NCBI GenBank assembly: GCA_965214495.1
Contig: OZ243958.1
Span: 22,372-86,371, forward strand
Direction of reading: 5' to 3'
Origin: Alphaproteobacteria bacterium
GTDB taxonomy: Bacteria; Pseudomonadota; Alphaproteobacteria; UBA7887
DNA length: 64,000 nucleotides
The position numbers and the translations under genes are program-made. A model generated the notes under the pieces. It had not been told where the DNA came from and made no database searches. It saw only the letters and a program-made list of their open reading frames with translations. The number at the start of each line of letters is the position of its first letter. Position 1 is the first letter of the stretch. Positions 51,479-62,258 of the stretch are shown piece by piece.

Positions 51479-52015
51479 GTGGAAGCGGCGGTTCATCTGG
51501 CGTTGCTGTTCCTGCTCGCGGCAACGGCGCTGACCATCGCGTTCATGCGGTCCATCCTCCCGATGATCATGCTCGGCGGCATCTACAGTTTCCTGATGGC
51601 GAGCGTCTTTCTGGTGCTCGACGCGGCGGACGTAGCGTTCACCGAGGCGGCCGTCGGCGCCGGAGTCTTCACCGTGCTCGGCCTTGTCGCGCTGTCGCAT
51701 ACCGGGGACCGGGAGAGTGCGCCGGGACGCAAGCGGTATCTGGCGCTCGGCGTGGTGACGGTGGCCGGCATCGCGCTGCTTTATGCGACAGCGGACATGC
51801 CGGCGATCGGCGACCCCGAGGCGCCCGTGCACCGCCACGTCGCGCCGCGCTACATCGACGAAACGCCCGAGGCGATCGGCATCCCGAACGTCGTTACCGC
51901 CGTGCTGGCCGACTATCGCGGTTTCGACACGCTGGGAGAGGTGGCGGTGATCTTCACCGCCGGAGTCGGCGTGCTGTTGCTGCTCGGGCGCCGCCGGCGC
52001 GGAGGGCGCCGATGA
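51479..52015 (+). CDS. Mrp subunit B-related protein (DUF4040)
   Basis: DVAFTEAAVGAG, NVVTAVLADYRGFDTLGE. Confidence 0.9.
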   Translation: MEAAVHLALLFLLAATALTIAFMRSILPMIMLGGIYSFLMASVFLVLDAADVAFTEAAVGAGVFTVLGLVALSHTGDRESAPGRKRYLALGVVTVAGIALLYATADMPAIGDPEAPVHRHVAPRYIDETPEAIGIPNVVTAVLADYRGFDTLGEVAVIFTAGVGVLLLLGRRRRGGRR

Positions 52016-52440
52016 GCGATCTGCCGATCCTCCGCGTCATCGCGAAATTCCTGATCCCCTTCATCATGCTGTTCGGCCTCTACGTCCAGTTCCACGGCGA
52101 TTACGGTCCCGGCGGCGGCTTTCAGGCGGGGGTCATCTTCGCTGCGGGATGCATCCTCTACGGCGTCGTGTTCGGCCTCGCGCCGCTGCGACAGGCGATC
52201 CCGCCCGACATACTGCCGTTTCTGGCGGCTGCGGGACTGGCGATCTATGCCGGCACGGGCGTCGTCACCGTGCTGCTGGGCGGCGTGTATCTCGACTATG
52301 CGTGCCTCGCCGGCGATCCCGTTCACGGCCACCACTACGGCATTCTGATCGTCGAGTTCGGCGTCGGCGTGACGGTGGCGGCCACCATGCTCGCGATCTT
52401 CGACGCCTTCGCCGGGCGCGGCGAGACGGGAGCCGATTGA
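52012..52440 (+). CDS. mnhB: Mrp/Mnh subunit B
   Basis: FHGDYGPGGGFQAG, EFGVGVTV. Confidence 0.92.
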   Translation: MSDLPILRVIAKFLIPFIMLFGLYVQFHGDYGPGGGFQAGVIFAAGCILYGVVFGLAPLRQAIPPDILPFLAAAGLAIYAGTGVVTVLLGGVYLDYACLAGDPVHGHHYGILIVEFGVGVTVAATMLAIFDAFAGRGETGAD

Positions 52441-52442
52441 AC

Positions 52443-52808
52443 GTGGACGGGTTCGGCCAGTATGGCTATTGGGTCGTCGTGCTCGTGATGATGATCGGCC
52501 TGTACATCGTTATCGCGCGCGGGAACCTGCTGAAGAAGCTGATCGGGCTGAACATCTTCCAGACCGCCGTGTTCCTGCTCTACATCTCGGCGGGGAAGGT
52601 CTCCGGCGGCACCGCGCCGATCCTGCATGACGGCGGCGGTCCCTATTCCAACCCGCTGCCGCACGTGCTGATCCTCACCGCGATCGTGGTCGGCGTGGCG
52701 ACTCTGTCGCTGGGCCTGGCGCTGGCGGTGCGTATCCGGGAAGCCTGGGGCACGATCGACGAAGACGAGATACGGGCGATCGAGCGCGGCGAGAGCGACG
52801 CGGCGTGA
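52443..52808 (+). CDS. mnhC: Mrp/Mnh subunit C
   Basis: NLLKKLIGL, NPLPHVLILTAIVVG. Confidence 0.92.
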   Translation: MDGFGQYGYWVVVLVMMIGLYIVIARGNLLKKLIGLNIFQTAVFLLYISAGKVSGGTAPILHDGGGPYSNPLPHVLILTAIVVGVATLSLGLALAVRIREAWGTIDEDEIRAIERGESDAA

Positions 52809-54286
52809 TCGCGCTCAATCTACCTGCCTTCCAGGTCGTGGTGCCGTTGTTCGGCGCACCCCTTTGCACGCTGCTCGGCGGCCGTGGCGCACGCGCTTGG
52901 GCGCTCGCGACCGCAGTTACCTGGACCGCCTTCGCGATCGCGGTCGCGCTGCTGGTACGCGTGCTCGACACCGGGCCCGCCAGCTACGCGTTCGGCGACT
53001 GGCCGGCGCCGTGGGGTATCGAATATCGCGTCGATCTCCTGTCGGGCTTCGTGCTGCTCTTCGTGACCGGAGTCGCCTCGGTCGTGATGCCGTTCGCGTA
53101 TCACAGCGTGCGCGACGAGATTCCCGCCGAGCGCCACGGCCTGTTCTACACCGCCTATCTGCTCGTCCTCGCCGGCCTGCTCGGCCAGACGATCACCGGC
53201 GACGCGTTCAACGCCTTCGTCTTCCTGGAGATCGCGTCGCTCGCCGGTTACGCGCTGATCGGCCTCGGCCGCGATCGCCGCGCCCTGCTCGCGAGCTATC
53301 GCTACCTGCTTCTCGGCACCATCGGTGCAACCTTCTTCGTGATCGGGGTCGGCCTGCTGTACATGGTGACCGGAACCCTCAACATGGCAGATCTGGCGGA
53401 GCGCCTGCCGCCGCTCGGCGACGACCTGACCGTGCTCGCTGCCTTCGCGTTCGTCGTCGTCGGCTTGAGCCTCAAGCTGGCGCTGTTTCCCCTGCACGTG
53501 TGGCTGCCCGACGCCTACACCCACGCGCCGTCGATGATCTCGGCGCTGCTCGCGGCGACGGCGACGAAGGTCGGCGTCTATCTGCTGCTGCGCTTCATGT
53601 TCACCGTGTTCGGCGCGGGGTTCTCCACCGAAACCTACCCGGTTGCAGCCGTACTGCTGCCGTTTGCAGCGGTCGCGGCGCTCAGCGGCTCGCTCGCCGC
53701 TATCGGGCAGGCCGATGTCAAGCGGCTGCTCGCCTGGTCGTCGGTTGCGCAGATCGGTTACGTCATGATCGGCGTCGGGCTGGCGAACGCGACCGGCCTG
53801 ACCGGCGCGATCGTGCATCTGTTCAATCATGCGCTGATGAAGGGCGCGATGTTTCTCGCGCTCGGCTGCGTCGCGTTGCGGCTCGGCGGCACGGACCTCG
53901 ACCGGATCAAGGGTCTCGGCAGACGAATGCCGCTGACGATGGCCGCGTTCGCCGTGGCGGGCCTCAGTCTGATCGGTCTGCCCGGCACGGTCGGGTTCGT
54001 CGGCAAGTGGTATCTGGTGCTCGGCGCGCTCGAGCAGGGGCTGTGGCCGCTCGCGGTCGTGGTTCTCGCGGCCTCGCTGATGGCGGTGGTCTATGTCTGG
54101 CGTGTCGTCGAGGCGGCGTATTTCGCCGCTCCGGACGGCGGAACGGAGGTGCCGGAAGCACCGTGGCCGATGGTCGGCGCGTGCTGGGTGCTGGCCGGAG
54201 CCTGCATCGTATTCGGATTGACCACGGACCTCACGGTCGGCATCGCCGGGCGTGCGGCGGCGATGTTGCTCGGGGTCGGAGGATGA
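52805..54286 (+). CDS. mnhD: Mrp/Mnh subunit D-family antiporter module
   Basis: GDAFNAFVFLE, LFPLHVWLPDAY, KRLLAWSS, NHALMKG. Confidence 0.9.
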   Translation: MIALNLPAFQVVVPLFGAPLCTLLGGRGARAWALATAVTWTAFAIAVALLVRVLDTGPASYAFGDWPAPWGIEYRVDLLSGFVLLFVTGVASVVMPFAYHSVRDEIPAERHGLFYTAYLLVLAGLLGQTITGDAFNAFVFLEIASLAGYALIGLGRDRRALLASYRYLLLGTIGATFFVIGVGLLYMVTGTLNMADLAERLPPLGDDLTVLAAFAFVVVGLSLKLALFPLHVWLPDAYTHAPSMISALLAATATKVGVYLLLRFMFTVFGAGFSTETYPVAAVLLPFAAVAALSGSLAAIGQADVKRLLAWSSVAQIGYVMIGVGLANATGLTGAIVHLFNHALMKGAMFLALGCVALRLGGTDLDRIKGLGRRMPLTMAAFAVAGLSLIGLPGTVGFVGKWYLVLGALEQGLWPLAVVVLAASLMAVVYVWRVVEAAYFAAPDGGTEVPEAPWPMVGACWVLAGACIVFGLTTDLTVGIAGRAAAMLLGVGG

Positions 54287-55734
54287 CCCTGGTCGCGGTC
54301 ACACCGTTCATTCCGCTGGCCGGCGCGGTGCTGATCGCGCTCACCGGATCGCGGCCCAATCTTCGCGAAGCGGTGACTCTGGCGGCGGCGCTCGCGCTGT
54401 TCGGCGCTGTCGCGTCTTTCGCGCCGGCTGTCCTCGACGGCGAACGTCCGGCCGCATCGCTCTGGGAGCTCGCGCCCGGCCTGGCGATCGCCTTCGAGAT
54501 CGAACCGCTCGGCATGTTGTTCGGGCTGATCGCGGCTTTTCTGTGGATCCCCAACTCGATCTATTCGATCGGCTACATGCGGGCGCACCACGAACGCCAC
54601 CAGACGCGATTCTATGCCTGTTTCGCGGTCGCGCTGTGCGGAGCGACGGGAGTCGCGTTCGCCGGCAACATGTTCACGCTGTTTCTGTTCTACGAACTGT
54701 TGACGATTTCCACCTATCCGTTGGTCGTCCATTCGGGTTCGGAGGAGGCGCGGCGATCGGGGCGCGTCTATCTCGGCATCCTGCTCGGCACGTCGATCGG
54801 CTTTCAGCTGCTCGCGGTGGCGCTCACCTGGATACTGGCGGGCACGCTCGACTTCCGGGCCGGCGGAATCCTCGCGGGCAAGGCCGAACCGCTGGCGACC
54901 GCCGTGCTGTTCGCGCTCTATATGTTCGGAATCGGCAAGGCTGCGATCATGCCGTTCCACCGTTGGCTGCCCGCAGCGATGGTCGCGCCGACCCCCGTCA
55001 GCGCCCTGTTGCACGCGGTGGCGGTGGTCAAGGCCGGCGTGTTTACGGTGCTCAAGGTGGTGATCTATGTCTTCGGACTCGATCTCATGCGAGACGCGCA
55101 TCCCGGTCTCTGGTTGCCGTGGCTCGCCGCCTTCACCCTGGTCGCCGCGTCGCTGGTCGCGCTGACCCGCAACAACCTGAAGGCGCGGCTGGCCTACTCG
55201 ACGGTGAGCCAGCTTGCCTACATCGTTCTCGGCGCCGCGCTCGCCACGCCGGGTGCCATCGTCGGCGGGGGCTTGCACATGTTGATGCACGCCTTCGGGA
55301 AGATCACGTTGTTCTTTTGCGCCGGCGCGATCATCGTCACCGCGCACAAGGAGAACGTGAGCGATATGCGCGGTATCGGGCGTGCGATGCCGCTGACCAT
55401 GGCCGCCTTTCTCATCGGCGCGCTCAGCGTCATCGGCCTGCCTCCGTTCGGCGGCGCGTGGAGCAAATGGTATCTCGGCCTCGGCGCGGTCGAGGCGGGT
55501 GGGCTGGTCTTCGTCGCCGCGCTGATGGTTTCGAGCTTGCTCAATGTCGGTTATTTCATGCCGGTGGCGGTGCGCGCGTTCTTTCCGGGGCCGCGGCCGA
55601 CCGAATTCGACGGCGGGGTCAAGGAGGCGCCGCTGGCCTGTCTGGCGCCGATGCTGTTCACTGCCGCGGCCTGCCTGCTCCTCTTTCTCTTCCCCGACCC
55701 GGCTTTTCGGCTGTTGGCGCAGCTGACGCGGTGA
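54283..55734 (+). CDS. Second Mrp D/A-family module
   Basis: LFYELLT, PFHRWLPAAMVAPTPVSALLHA, KARLAYSTVSQL. Confidence 0.9.
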   Translation: MTLVAVTPFIPLAGAVLIALTGSRPNLREAVTLAAALALFGAVASFAPAVLDGERPAASLWELAPGLAIAFEIEPLGMLFGLIAAFLWIPNSIYSIGYMRAHHERHQTRFYACFAVALCGATGVAFAGNMFTLFLFYELLTISTYPLVVHSGSEEARRSGRVYLGILLGTSIGFQLLAVALTWILAGTLDFRAGGILAGKAEPLATAVLFALYMFGIGKAAIMPFHRWLPAAMVAPTPVSALLHAVAVVKAGVFTVLKVVIYVFGLDLMRDAHPGLWLPWLAAFTLVAASLVALTRNNLKARLAYSTVSQLAYIVLGAALATPGAIVGGGLHMLMHAFGKITLFFCAGAIIVTAHKENVSDMRGIGRAMPLTMAAFLIGALSVIGLPPFGGAWSKWYLGLGAVEAGGLVFVAALMVSSLLNVGYFMPVAVRAFFPGPRPTEFDGGVKEAPLACLAPMLFTAAACLLLFLFPDPAFRLLAQLTR

Positions 55735-55736
55735 CC

Positions 55737-56015
55737 ATGAGAGACCCCGAAACCCCGCGATACTGGCTCGACGACCGGCGCAACGTGCGCAAGCTGCTGT
55801 TTGCGCTCTATGCCGCCTGCGCACTGCTCTTCGCCGCCGACCTTCTGTATCACAAGCACGCCGAGATCGGCTTCGACGGCTGGTTCGGCTTCTACGGTGT
55901 CTGGGGGTTCGTCGCCTGCGTGGTGCTGGTGCTCGCGGCGAAGGAACTGCGCAAACTGGTGTCCCGCCCACCGGACTATTACGGCGACGATCCGCCCGGC
56001 GGCGAACGGCGATGA
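55737..56015 (+). CDS. Small membrane protein of the Mrp operon
   Basis: WLDDRRNVRKL...GFYGVWGFVACVVLVLAAK...RPPDYY; coupled to both neighbours. Confidence 0.75.
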   Translation: MRDPETPRYWLDDRRNVRKLLFALYAACALLFAADLLYHKHAEIGFDGWFGFYGVWGFVACVVLVLAAKELRKLVSRPPDYYGDDPPGGERR

Positions 56016-57703
56016 CCGCCGGCCTGCCGCCGTTTCTGATCTTCGCCATCGGCGCGCTGATCCTGCCATTGCTGGCGGAACGCTGGCGCCCGGCATGGAC
56101 GCTGTTCGTGCCGGTCGTCGGATTTGTGAACCTCTTGCCGATCGAACCCGGCCTGTATTGGACGGTCGGTCTTTTCGACTACGAACTGATCTTCGGGCGC
56201 GTCGACAAACTGAGTTCCCTGTTCGCGCTGCTGTTCCATATCGCGGCCGTTCTCGGCGCGATCTTTGCCCTGCATGTTCGCGACGCCATACAGCAAGTCA
56301 GCGCGCTTCTCTACGCCGGCGGCGCGCTCGGAGCCGTGTTCGCCGGCGATCTGCTCAGCCTCTTCGTGTTCTGGGAGGTAATGGCGGTCGCGAGCGTATT
56401 CCTGATCTGGGCGCGCCGCACCGAGCGCGCCGGACGCGCCGGAATGCGTTACCTGGTTGCACAGATCGCCTCCGGCGTGTTGCTGCTCGCCGGCGCCATG
56501 GTGCATTACGGCGAGACCGGCAGCCTGGCGTTCGGCGCCCTGTCGCTCGACGGGCTCGGGCCCAAGCTGATCTTCCTCGCTTTCGGCATCAAGTGCGCTT
56601 GGCCGTTCCTGCATAGCTGGCTGACCGACGCTTATCCGGAGGCCACCCCGGCCGGCACCGTCTTCCTGAGCGCGTTCACCACCAAAGTCGCGGTCTATGC
56701 GCTCGCGCGCTCGTTTGCCGGCACTGAAATGTTGATCTGGATCGGCGCCGCGATGGCCATGTTCCCGATCTTCTACGCCGTGATCGAGAACGACCTGCGT
56801 CGGGTGCTGGCCTACAGCCTGATCAACCAGGTCGGTTTCATGGTTGTGGGCATCGGCCTGGGCACCACCCTCGGACTCAACGGTGCGGTGAGCCACGCCT
56901 TCAACGACGTGGTGTTCAAAGGCCTGTTGTTCATGAGCATGGGTGCGGTGCTGCACATGACCGGTCGCATCGACGGCTCCGATCTGGGCGGGCTCTACAA
57001 GTCCATGCCGTGGACGACCACCTTCTGCCTCGTCGGAGCGGCGTCGATCTCGGCCTTTCCACTGTTCTCCGGTTTCGTGTCGAAGTCGATGGTGATGGCG
57101 TCGGCGGCGGAGGAAGGCCATGTGGTGGTCTTTCTGTGCCTGTTGTTCGCCAGCGCCGGGGTCTTTCATCACGCAGGCATCAAGATTCCCTATTTCGCGT
57201 TCTTCGCGCACGATTCGGGAATTCGCACCTCCGATCCGCCGTTCAACATGCTGTTCGCCATGGGTCTGGCGGCAGCGATCTGCATCTTCAACGGTTCCTG
57301 GCCGTGGCTGCTCTACGACCTTCTGCCCTGGCAGGCGGACTACGCGCCCTATACGGCGACGCATGTGATCACGCAGTTGCAGCTTCTGTTCTTCTCGGCG
57401 CTGGCCTTTGCGCTGTTGATGATCTCCGGGATCTATCCTCCCGAGCTCAGGCTGGTGAACCTCGATTCCGACTGGCTGTGGTGCCATGCCGCACGCCGCC
57501 TCGCCCTGCGCGCCGGATATGCGGTGACGGGGCTGTGGGCCGGCGGCCTGGAAATTGCGCGCGCGATGTCGGAGCGGCTTTGGCGTCCTCTTTACCGAGC
57601 GCACGGGCCGACCGGCGTTCTGTCGCGCAGTTGGCCGACCGGTACAGCGGCGATGGCGATCGTCGGCCTCCTGGCCGTTTACCTGCTGGTCGCTTACGCC
57701 TGA
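56012..57703 (+). CDS. Third Mrp D/A-family module
   Basis: LFVFWE, HSWLTDAYPEAT, FTTK, RRVLAYSLINQVG, FKGLLFM. Confidence 0.9.
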   Translation: MTAGLPPFLIFAIGALILPLLAERWRPAWTLFVPVVGFVNLLPIEPGLYWTVGLFDYELIFGRVDKLSSLFALLFHIAAVLGAIFALHVRDAIQQVSALLYAGGALGAVFAGDLLSLFVFWEVMAVASVFLIWARRTERAGRAGMRYLVAQIASGVLLLAGAMVHYGETGSLAFGALSLDGLGPKLIFLAFGIKCAWPFLHSWLTDAYPEATPAGTVFLSAFTTKVAVYALARSFAGTEMLIWIGAAMAMFPIFYAVIENDLRRVLAYSLINQVGFMVVGIGLGTTLGLNGAVSHAFNDVVFKGLLFMSMGAVLHMTGRIDGSDLGGLYKSMPWTTTFCLVGAASISAFPLFSGFVSKSMVMASAAEEGHVVVFLCLLFASAGVFHHAGIKIPYFAFFAHDSGIRTSDPPFNMLFAMGLAAAICIFNGSWPWLLYDLLPWQADYAPYTATHVITQLQLLFFSALAFALLMISGIYPPELRLVNLDSDWLWCHAARRLALRAGYAVTGLWAGGLEIARAMSERLWRPLYRAHGPTGVLSRSWPTGTAAMAIVGLLAVYLLVAYA

Positions 57704-57842
57704 GCGAACCGGCGTCTCGCGCCCGGTCCCCAGGAACGAGGTCCGGAGAGAAACAGGGCCGGCGGTCCGTTCAGGATCGCCGGTCCCGATGGGGAATCGG
57801 TGCCGCGCCGCGACATCGCGCGGAACCGTGGGGCGGACTCGC

Positions 57843-59264
57843 CTACCACGTCACCTGCGCACGAAGACCGTAGATATCGAACTCGTCCTCGCCCGCTCCG
57901 TCTTCCACATTGACGCTGATGTAGTTGAATTTGAAGGCTACCCAGTTGTTCACCCACCAGTTCAGACCGATGGTGTAGTTGGTCTGCACGCCGCCCGGGA
58001 ACACCGCGTCGTCCAGATCGGCGTGGCTGTAGCGCCCGACCAGTTCGAACGCGCCCGTGCCCGCCGGACCCTTGCCCAGCGGATTGGCGGGTTTGACGCC
58101 GCTCCACGCTGCCTTGCTCATGCTGTAGGGCCGGCCTTCGCCGGTGAGCACCCAGCCCGCCTGCGCATACATCGCATCGTAAGTCGCGTCCCCGGTCGTG
58201 CGGCCGCCGGCGGCCCCATGCCCGTCGAAGCCGAACCGGGTGTATTCTCCGGCGAACCACATCGGCTTGAACCAGGCGGCGAACTCCGCGCCGACGCCGT
58301 GGCAGCGTTCGACGCCGTCCTCGGCGCTCCTGGCGTCGATCCAGCGCGAATCGTCGACGCGGAATTCCGGCCGGTCTCGGAAGCGGCACCGGGTGGGCAC
58401 GGTTTTTTCATCGTCGTCATCGTAAACCTCGCCCGGCTCGGGCATGATCCAGGCGTTGGCGCCCACGTGAATCCCGTGCGCCTTCTCCCTGATCGGCGCG
58501 AACGCCACGCGACCCGAATAGGACAGATGTTCGTCCGCACGGTTGCTGTCATCGACGCCGAGTTTCTCGCCGAAGACACCTGCGCCGACCCACCACATGT
58601 CGCCATGCGCGATCGCGCTCAGCCCCATCCGCTTGCCGCCGGTCTGACCGACGAAGAGGTTGGTGCTCAGACTGCGCTCGATGAACGGAATGTCGTTCGA
58701 GCTGGTGCGATCCTCGAGGGTCAGCGGCGCCTTGTGCTGGCCGAGAGTCACCGTCAACGGCTTCAGCCCGTTCCACGAGACGAAGGCGGTATCGATATCG
58801 ACGTCATCGGCCGCCGAGTCGCCGCCGTCGAGGACGATTTCGTAGCCCCAGTCCTTCATGATCCTGCCTTTGACGCCGAGCCGGGCGCGGCGCAGGTTGG
58901 AGCCGTCGTTGAGGTCGGAGTCGGTGCCGGATTCGTCATAGATGCCCATGTCCCAGTGCACTCGGCCGGTGACCGCGAGGGTGAAGTCGCCGTCGGCCGA
59001 GGAGAAGGTGGGCGCCGGCCCCTTCATCTTCACCGTCGGGCCGTCGTCGGCCGCCGCTGAGCTCGCGGCCTCGGCCGCGTCCCTGTTGCGCTCGATCTGT
59101 GCCTCGAGCTGGCGCCGCAGCAATTGCAGTTCCTGCTCGAGTTCATGCACCCTGCCGGCGAGTTCCTCCGTCGTCTGCGCGAGCGCCGGGGGGGCGGCGA
59201 CCGAGGTCGCCAGAAGGGCGCCGGCGACCCATCCGGCGCAATTGCCAATCGTTCGGGGTTTCAT
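57843..59264 (-). CDS. OprO/OprP-family phosphate-selective porin
   Basis: Signal peptide, coiled coil, RRARLGVKG, SSNDIPFIERS, GWVLTGE, GAFELVGRYS, C-terminal W. Confidence 0.88.
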   Translation of the reverse strand: MKPRTIGNCAGWVAGALLATSVAAPPALAQTTEELAGRVHELEQELQLLRRQLEAQIERNRDAAEAASSAAADDGPTVKMKGPAPTFSSADGDFTLAVTGRVHWDMGIYDESGTDSDLNDGSNLRRARLGVKGRIMKDWGYEIVLDGGDSAADDVDIDTAFVSWNGLKPLTVTLGQHKAPLTLEDRTSSNDIPFIERSLSTNLFVGQTGGKRMGLSAIAHGDMWWVGAGVFGEKLGVDDSNRADEHLSYSGRVAFAPIREKAHGIHVGANAWIMPEPGEVYDDDDEKTVPTRCRFRDRPEFRVDDSRWIDARSAEDGVERCHGVGAEFAAWFKPMWFAGEYTRFGFDGHGAAGGRTTGDATYDAMYAQAGWVLTGEGRPYSMSKAAWSGVKPANPLGKGPAGTGAFELVGRYSHADLDDAVFPGGVQTNYTIGLNWWVNNWVAFKFNYISVNVEDGAGEDEFDIYGLRAQVTW

Positions 59265-59384
59265 CGGTCCTTGCCTTTCACTGCGTGAGCGGTGGCGCGA
59301 CTCGCCCCCGCGTAGCCGCCGAGGCTAGGTCCCGCGTGTTACAATTAGCGCGACGGTATTGTTGCGATCGCGTGATGGCGAGCC

Positions 59385-60845
59385 ATGGACGGGAATGGCG
59401 GCGAGGTGCTTTCGGTCGCGCAGACCTACCGTGCCGACGCGGCGGCGATCGCTGCGGGAACCCCCGGAATCGTGCTGATGGAGCACGCTTGCGCGGCGAT
59501 CGTCCGCGCCATCCGGCGGCGCTGGACACCCCGCCCCACACTGGTGCTGTGCGGCCCTGGCAACAATGGCGGCGACGGCTTCGGCGCCGCTATCGGCCTT
59601 GCGGCGGCCGGTTGGCCGGTCGATGTCGCCCTGCTCGGCGCGCGCGAGGCGTTGCGGGGCGACGCCGCGATCATGGCACGGCGCTGGCCGGGTGCGGTGT
59701 CCGCGCTGGATCCGAGCGCCGCCGTCGGTTACGCGCTCGTCGTCGATGCGTTGTTCGGCGCCGGTCTGGCGCGACCGGTGACGGGCGGCGCGGCCGAAAT
59801 CCTCGCGGCGGTCGCGGCGTCCGGCGCGCCGGTGGTCGCCGTGGACGTGCCGAGCGGCGTCGCCGGCGATACCGGCGCGGCGACGGGAACCGTAGCGCCG
59901 GCAGACCTCACGGTGACCTTCTGCCGGCCCAAACCCGCCCATCTGCTGATGCCCGGACGCGCGCTGTGCGGCGAGGTCGAGATCGCCGACATCGGTATCG
60001 GATCTGATATCGTCGCCGAAGCAGGCCATGTCGCGACCGTCAACCGCCCGGCCTCGTGGCGCGCTCGTCTGCCGCTGCCGGCACCCGGCGGGCACAAATA
60101 CCATCGCGGTCACGCGGTAATCGTCGGCGGCCCGCTGATCACCGGCGCCGCTCGCCTCGCCGCCCGCGCCGCGCTGCGCGCCGGGGCCGGTCTCGTTACC
60201 GTGGTGGCGCCCGAATCGGCGCTGCCTGCATATCAGGGCGCGCTGACCGCGGTGATGACCCGGCCCCTGGGCGCCTGGCCCGATTTACTGGCCGACGCGC
60301 GCATCAGCGCCGTTCTCGTCGGTCCGGGCAACGGGGTCGACCGCAACACGCGCGCTCGCAGCCTCGCGGCGCTCGCGGCCGGCAAGGCGGCGGTGCTGGA
60401 CGCAGACGCACTGACCGCGTTCGCCCCCGATCCCGAGCCGTTGTTCGAGGCCGTACGCGGTCGACCATGCGTGTTGACGCCCCATGACGGCGAACACGCC
60501 CGCCTCTTCGGCGACGGCGGCGACCGGCTGAGCCGGGCGCGCGCGGCGGCGGAACGCTGCGGCGCCGTGGTCATGCTCAAGGGGCCGGAAACGGTGATCG
60601 CCGACCCCGGCGGGCGCGCCGTCATCAGCATCGATGGACCGCCGGAACTCGCGACGGCAGGAACCGGCGACGTTCTCGCCGGCATCGTCACCGGCCTGCT
60701 GGCGGCGGGTGCGGCGCCGTTCGACGCCGCCTGCATGGCTGCGTGGTTACATGGAACCGCGGCGCGCGGCGGCCCCGGCCTGATCGCCGAAGATCTGCCC
60801 GACCGCCTGCCGGCAGTCCTTGTCCGGGTGGCGCGTGCAGGGTAA
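59385..60845 (+). CDS. nnr: Bifunctional NAD(P)HX epimerase/dehydratase
   Basis: LMEHA, CGPGNNGGDG, VDALFGAGL, VDVPSG, HKYHRG, LTPHDGE, LATAGTGDVLAG. Confidence 0.94.
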   Translation: MDGNGGEVLSVAQTYRADAAAIAAGTPGIVLMEHACAAIVRAIRRRWTPRPTLVLCGPGNNGGDGFGAAIGLAAAGWPVDVALLGAREALRGDAAIMARRWPGAVSALDPSAAVGYALVVDALFGAGLARPVTGGAAEILAAVAASGAPVVAVDVPSGVAGDTGAATGTVAPADLTVTFCRPKPAHLLMPGRALCGEVEIADIGIGSDIVAEAGHVATVNRPASWRARLPLPAPGGHKYHRGHAVIVGGPLITGAARLAARAALRAGAGLVTVVAPESALPAYQGALTAVMTRPLGAWPDLLADARISAVLVGPGNGVDRNTRARSLAALAAGKAAVLDADALTAFAPDPEPLFEAVRGRPCVLTPHDGEHARLFGDGGDRLSRARAAAERCGAVVMLKGPETVIADPGGRAVISIDGPPELATAGTGDVLAGIVTGLLAAGAAPFDAACMAAWLHGTAARGGPGLIAEDLPDRLPAVLVRVARAG

Positions 60846-60854
60846 AGGCGCGCC

Positions 60855-62231
60855 ATGGGCGAAGCCGACAGTTTCATCGATCGGACTCTGCGGCGTCTGC
60901 GCAGCGCATGGCGCGATCTCGCGGGCCGGCGTCACGCCCCGTCCGGCGAATCGTTCGGCGTCACGCTGGCGGACGGCGACACGGCGCGGCTGCGCGCGGT
61001 GATCGACGATTGTCTCGCCGAGCGCGGCGGGGCGGTGTCGGCGCTCGCCCGGACGGCGGCGATCGGCGACGCCTATCTTCGCTTCGACCCGGCGAGCCGA
61101 GCCCGCTTTCTCCTGCTGCTCGCCGAGCGTTACGGCCCCGACCGGGACGGGGTGGACGCCGCCGCCCGCGCGATGCTCGGCGCCGCACCGGCGACACGTT
61201 TCGAGGCCGAACGCACGCTGGCCGCCGCCCTTACCCCGCCGCGTGGTGTCCTGTTCCGCAAACTCGGCGCTCTGCCGGAGGGCATCAAATTCCTGGTCGA
61301 TCTGCGCGCCGAGATGCGGCAGCTCGACCTCCCCCACGACGCGCGCCGGCGGCTCGACCTCGATCTTCGCGCGCTGCTCGTATCATGGTTTGATCCCGGT
61401 TTTCTCCAACTCAGACGGATCACTTGGGAATCGCCGGCCGGCCTGCTCGAACGCCTGATCGCCTATGAGGCGGTGCACGAGATCCGGTCCTGGTCCGACC
61501 TCAAAAACCGGCTCGATTCCGACCGCCGCTGCTTCGCGTTCTTCCATCCGCGGATGCCGGAAGAGCCGTTGATCTTCGTCGAGGTTGCGCTCGTCGCCGG
61601 GATGGCGGGCAGCATTCAGTCGCTGCTTGACGAGGCGGCGCCGGCGATCGACCCGCACGCCGCCGACACCGCGATCTTCTATTCGATCTCCAACGCACAG
61701 CGCGGCCTCGACGGGATCGGTTTCGGCGACTTCCTCATCAAGCGCGTTGTCGATCTGCTGCGCGCCGAATTTCCGAACCTGAAGACCTTCGGCACCCTCT
61801 CGCCCTTGCCTCGCTTCCGACGCTGGCTCGACCGGGGCCTGGAAAGCGATCCCGACACGGTCGCGGCCTTGGCGGCCCCGGAAGCGGCATCGGCGTTGCG
61901 TGCGGCGTTCGACCAGCGCGACCCGCACGACGCCGCCGCGGCGGCGCGGTTGAAGGCGCCGCTGCTCAGACTCGCGGCCCACTATCTGTTGCGCGAGACC
62001 TGGAAGGGGAGGGCCGCCGACCCGGTGGCGCATTTCCATCTGACCAACGGCGCCCGGGTGGAGCGACTCAACTATCCCGGCGACGTCTCGAAGAAAGGCC
62101 GGACCGAATCCGCCACCGTCATGGTCAACTATCTCTATGCGCTCGACGACATCGAGAGCAATCACGAAGCCTACCGCGGCGACGGCCGCATCGCCGCGTC
62201 GACGCAGGTTCGCGCCTTGCTCGAGGGTTGA
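60855..62231 (+). CDS. Malonyl-CoA decarboxylase
   Basis: YEAVHEI, DRRCFAFFHP, EPLIFVEVAL, FYSISNAQ, TLSP, DPVAHFHLTNGA, MVNYLY. Confidence 0.93.
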   Translation: MGEADSFIDRTLRRLRSAWRDLAGRRHAPSGESFGVTLADGDTARLRAVIDDCLAERGGAVSALARTAAIGDAYLRFDPASRARFLLLLAERYGPDRDGVDAAARAMLGAAPATRFEAERTLAAALTPPRGVLFRKLGALPEGIKFLVDLRAEMRQLDLPHDARRRLDLDLRALLVSWFDPGFLQLRRITWESPAGLLERLIAYEAVHEIRSWSDLKNRLDSDRRCFAFFHPRMPEEPLIFVEVALVAGMAGSIQSLLDEAAPAIDPHAADTAIFYSISNAQRGLDGIGFGDFLIKRVVDLLRAEFPNLKTFGTLSPLPRFRRWLDRGLESDPDTVAALAAPEAASALRAAFDQRDPHDAAAAARLKAPLLRLAAHYLLRETWKGRAADPVAHFHLTNGARVERLNYPGDVSKKGRTESATVMVNYLYALDDIESNHEAYRGDGRIAASTQVRALLEG

Positions 62232-62258
62232 ACCGGCGCCTCGAACGGGAGCGCACGC

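Noticed and set aside
50387-57703. Mrp operon with three D/A-like subunits as a novelty
   Set aside because: Matches the known EFGBBCDD(A)-type Mrp arrangement.
59338-59378. Degenerate Pho-box-like repeats upstream of the porin
   Set aside because: Half-sites match poorly and the best one is out of 11-bp register.
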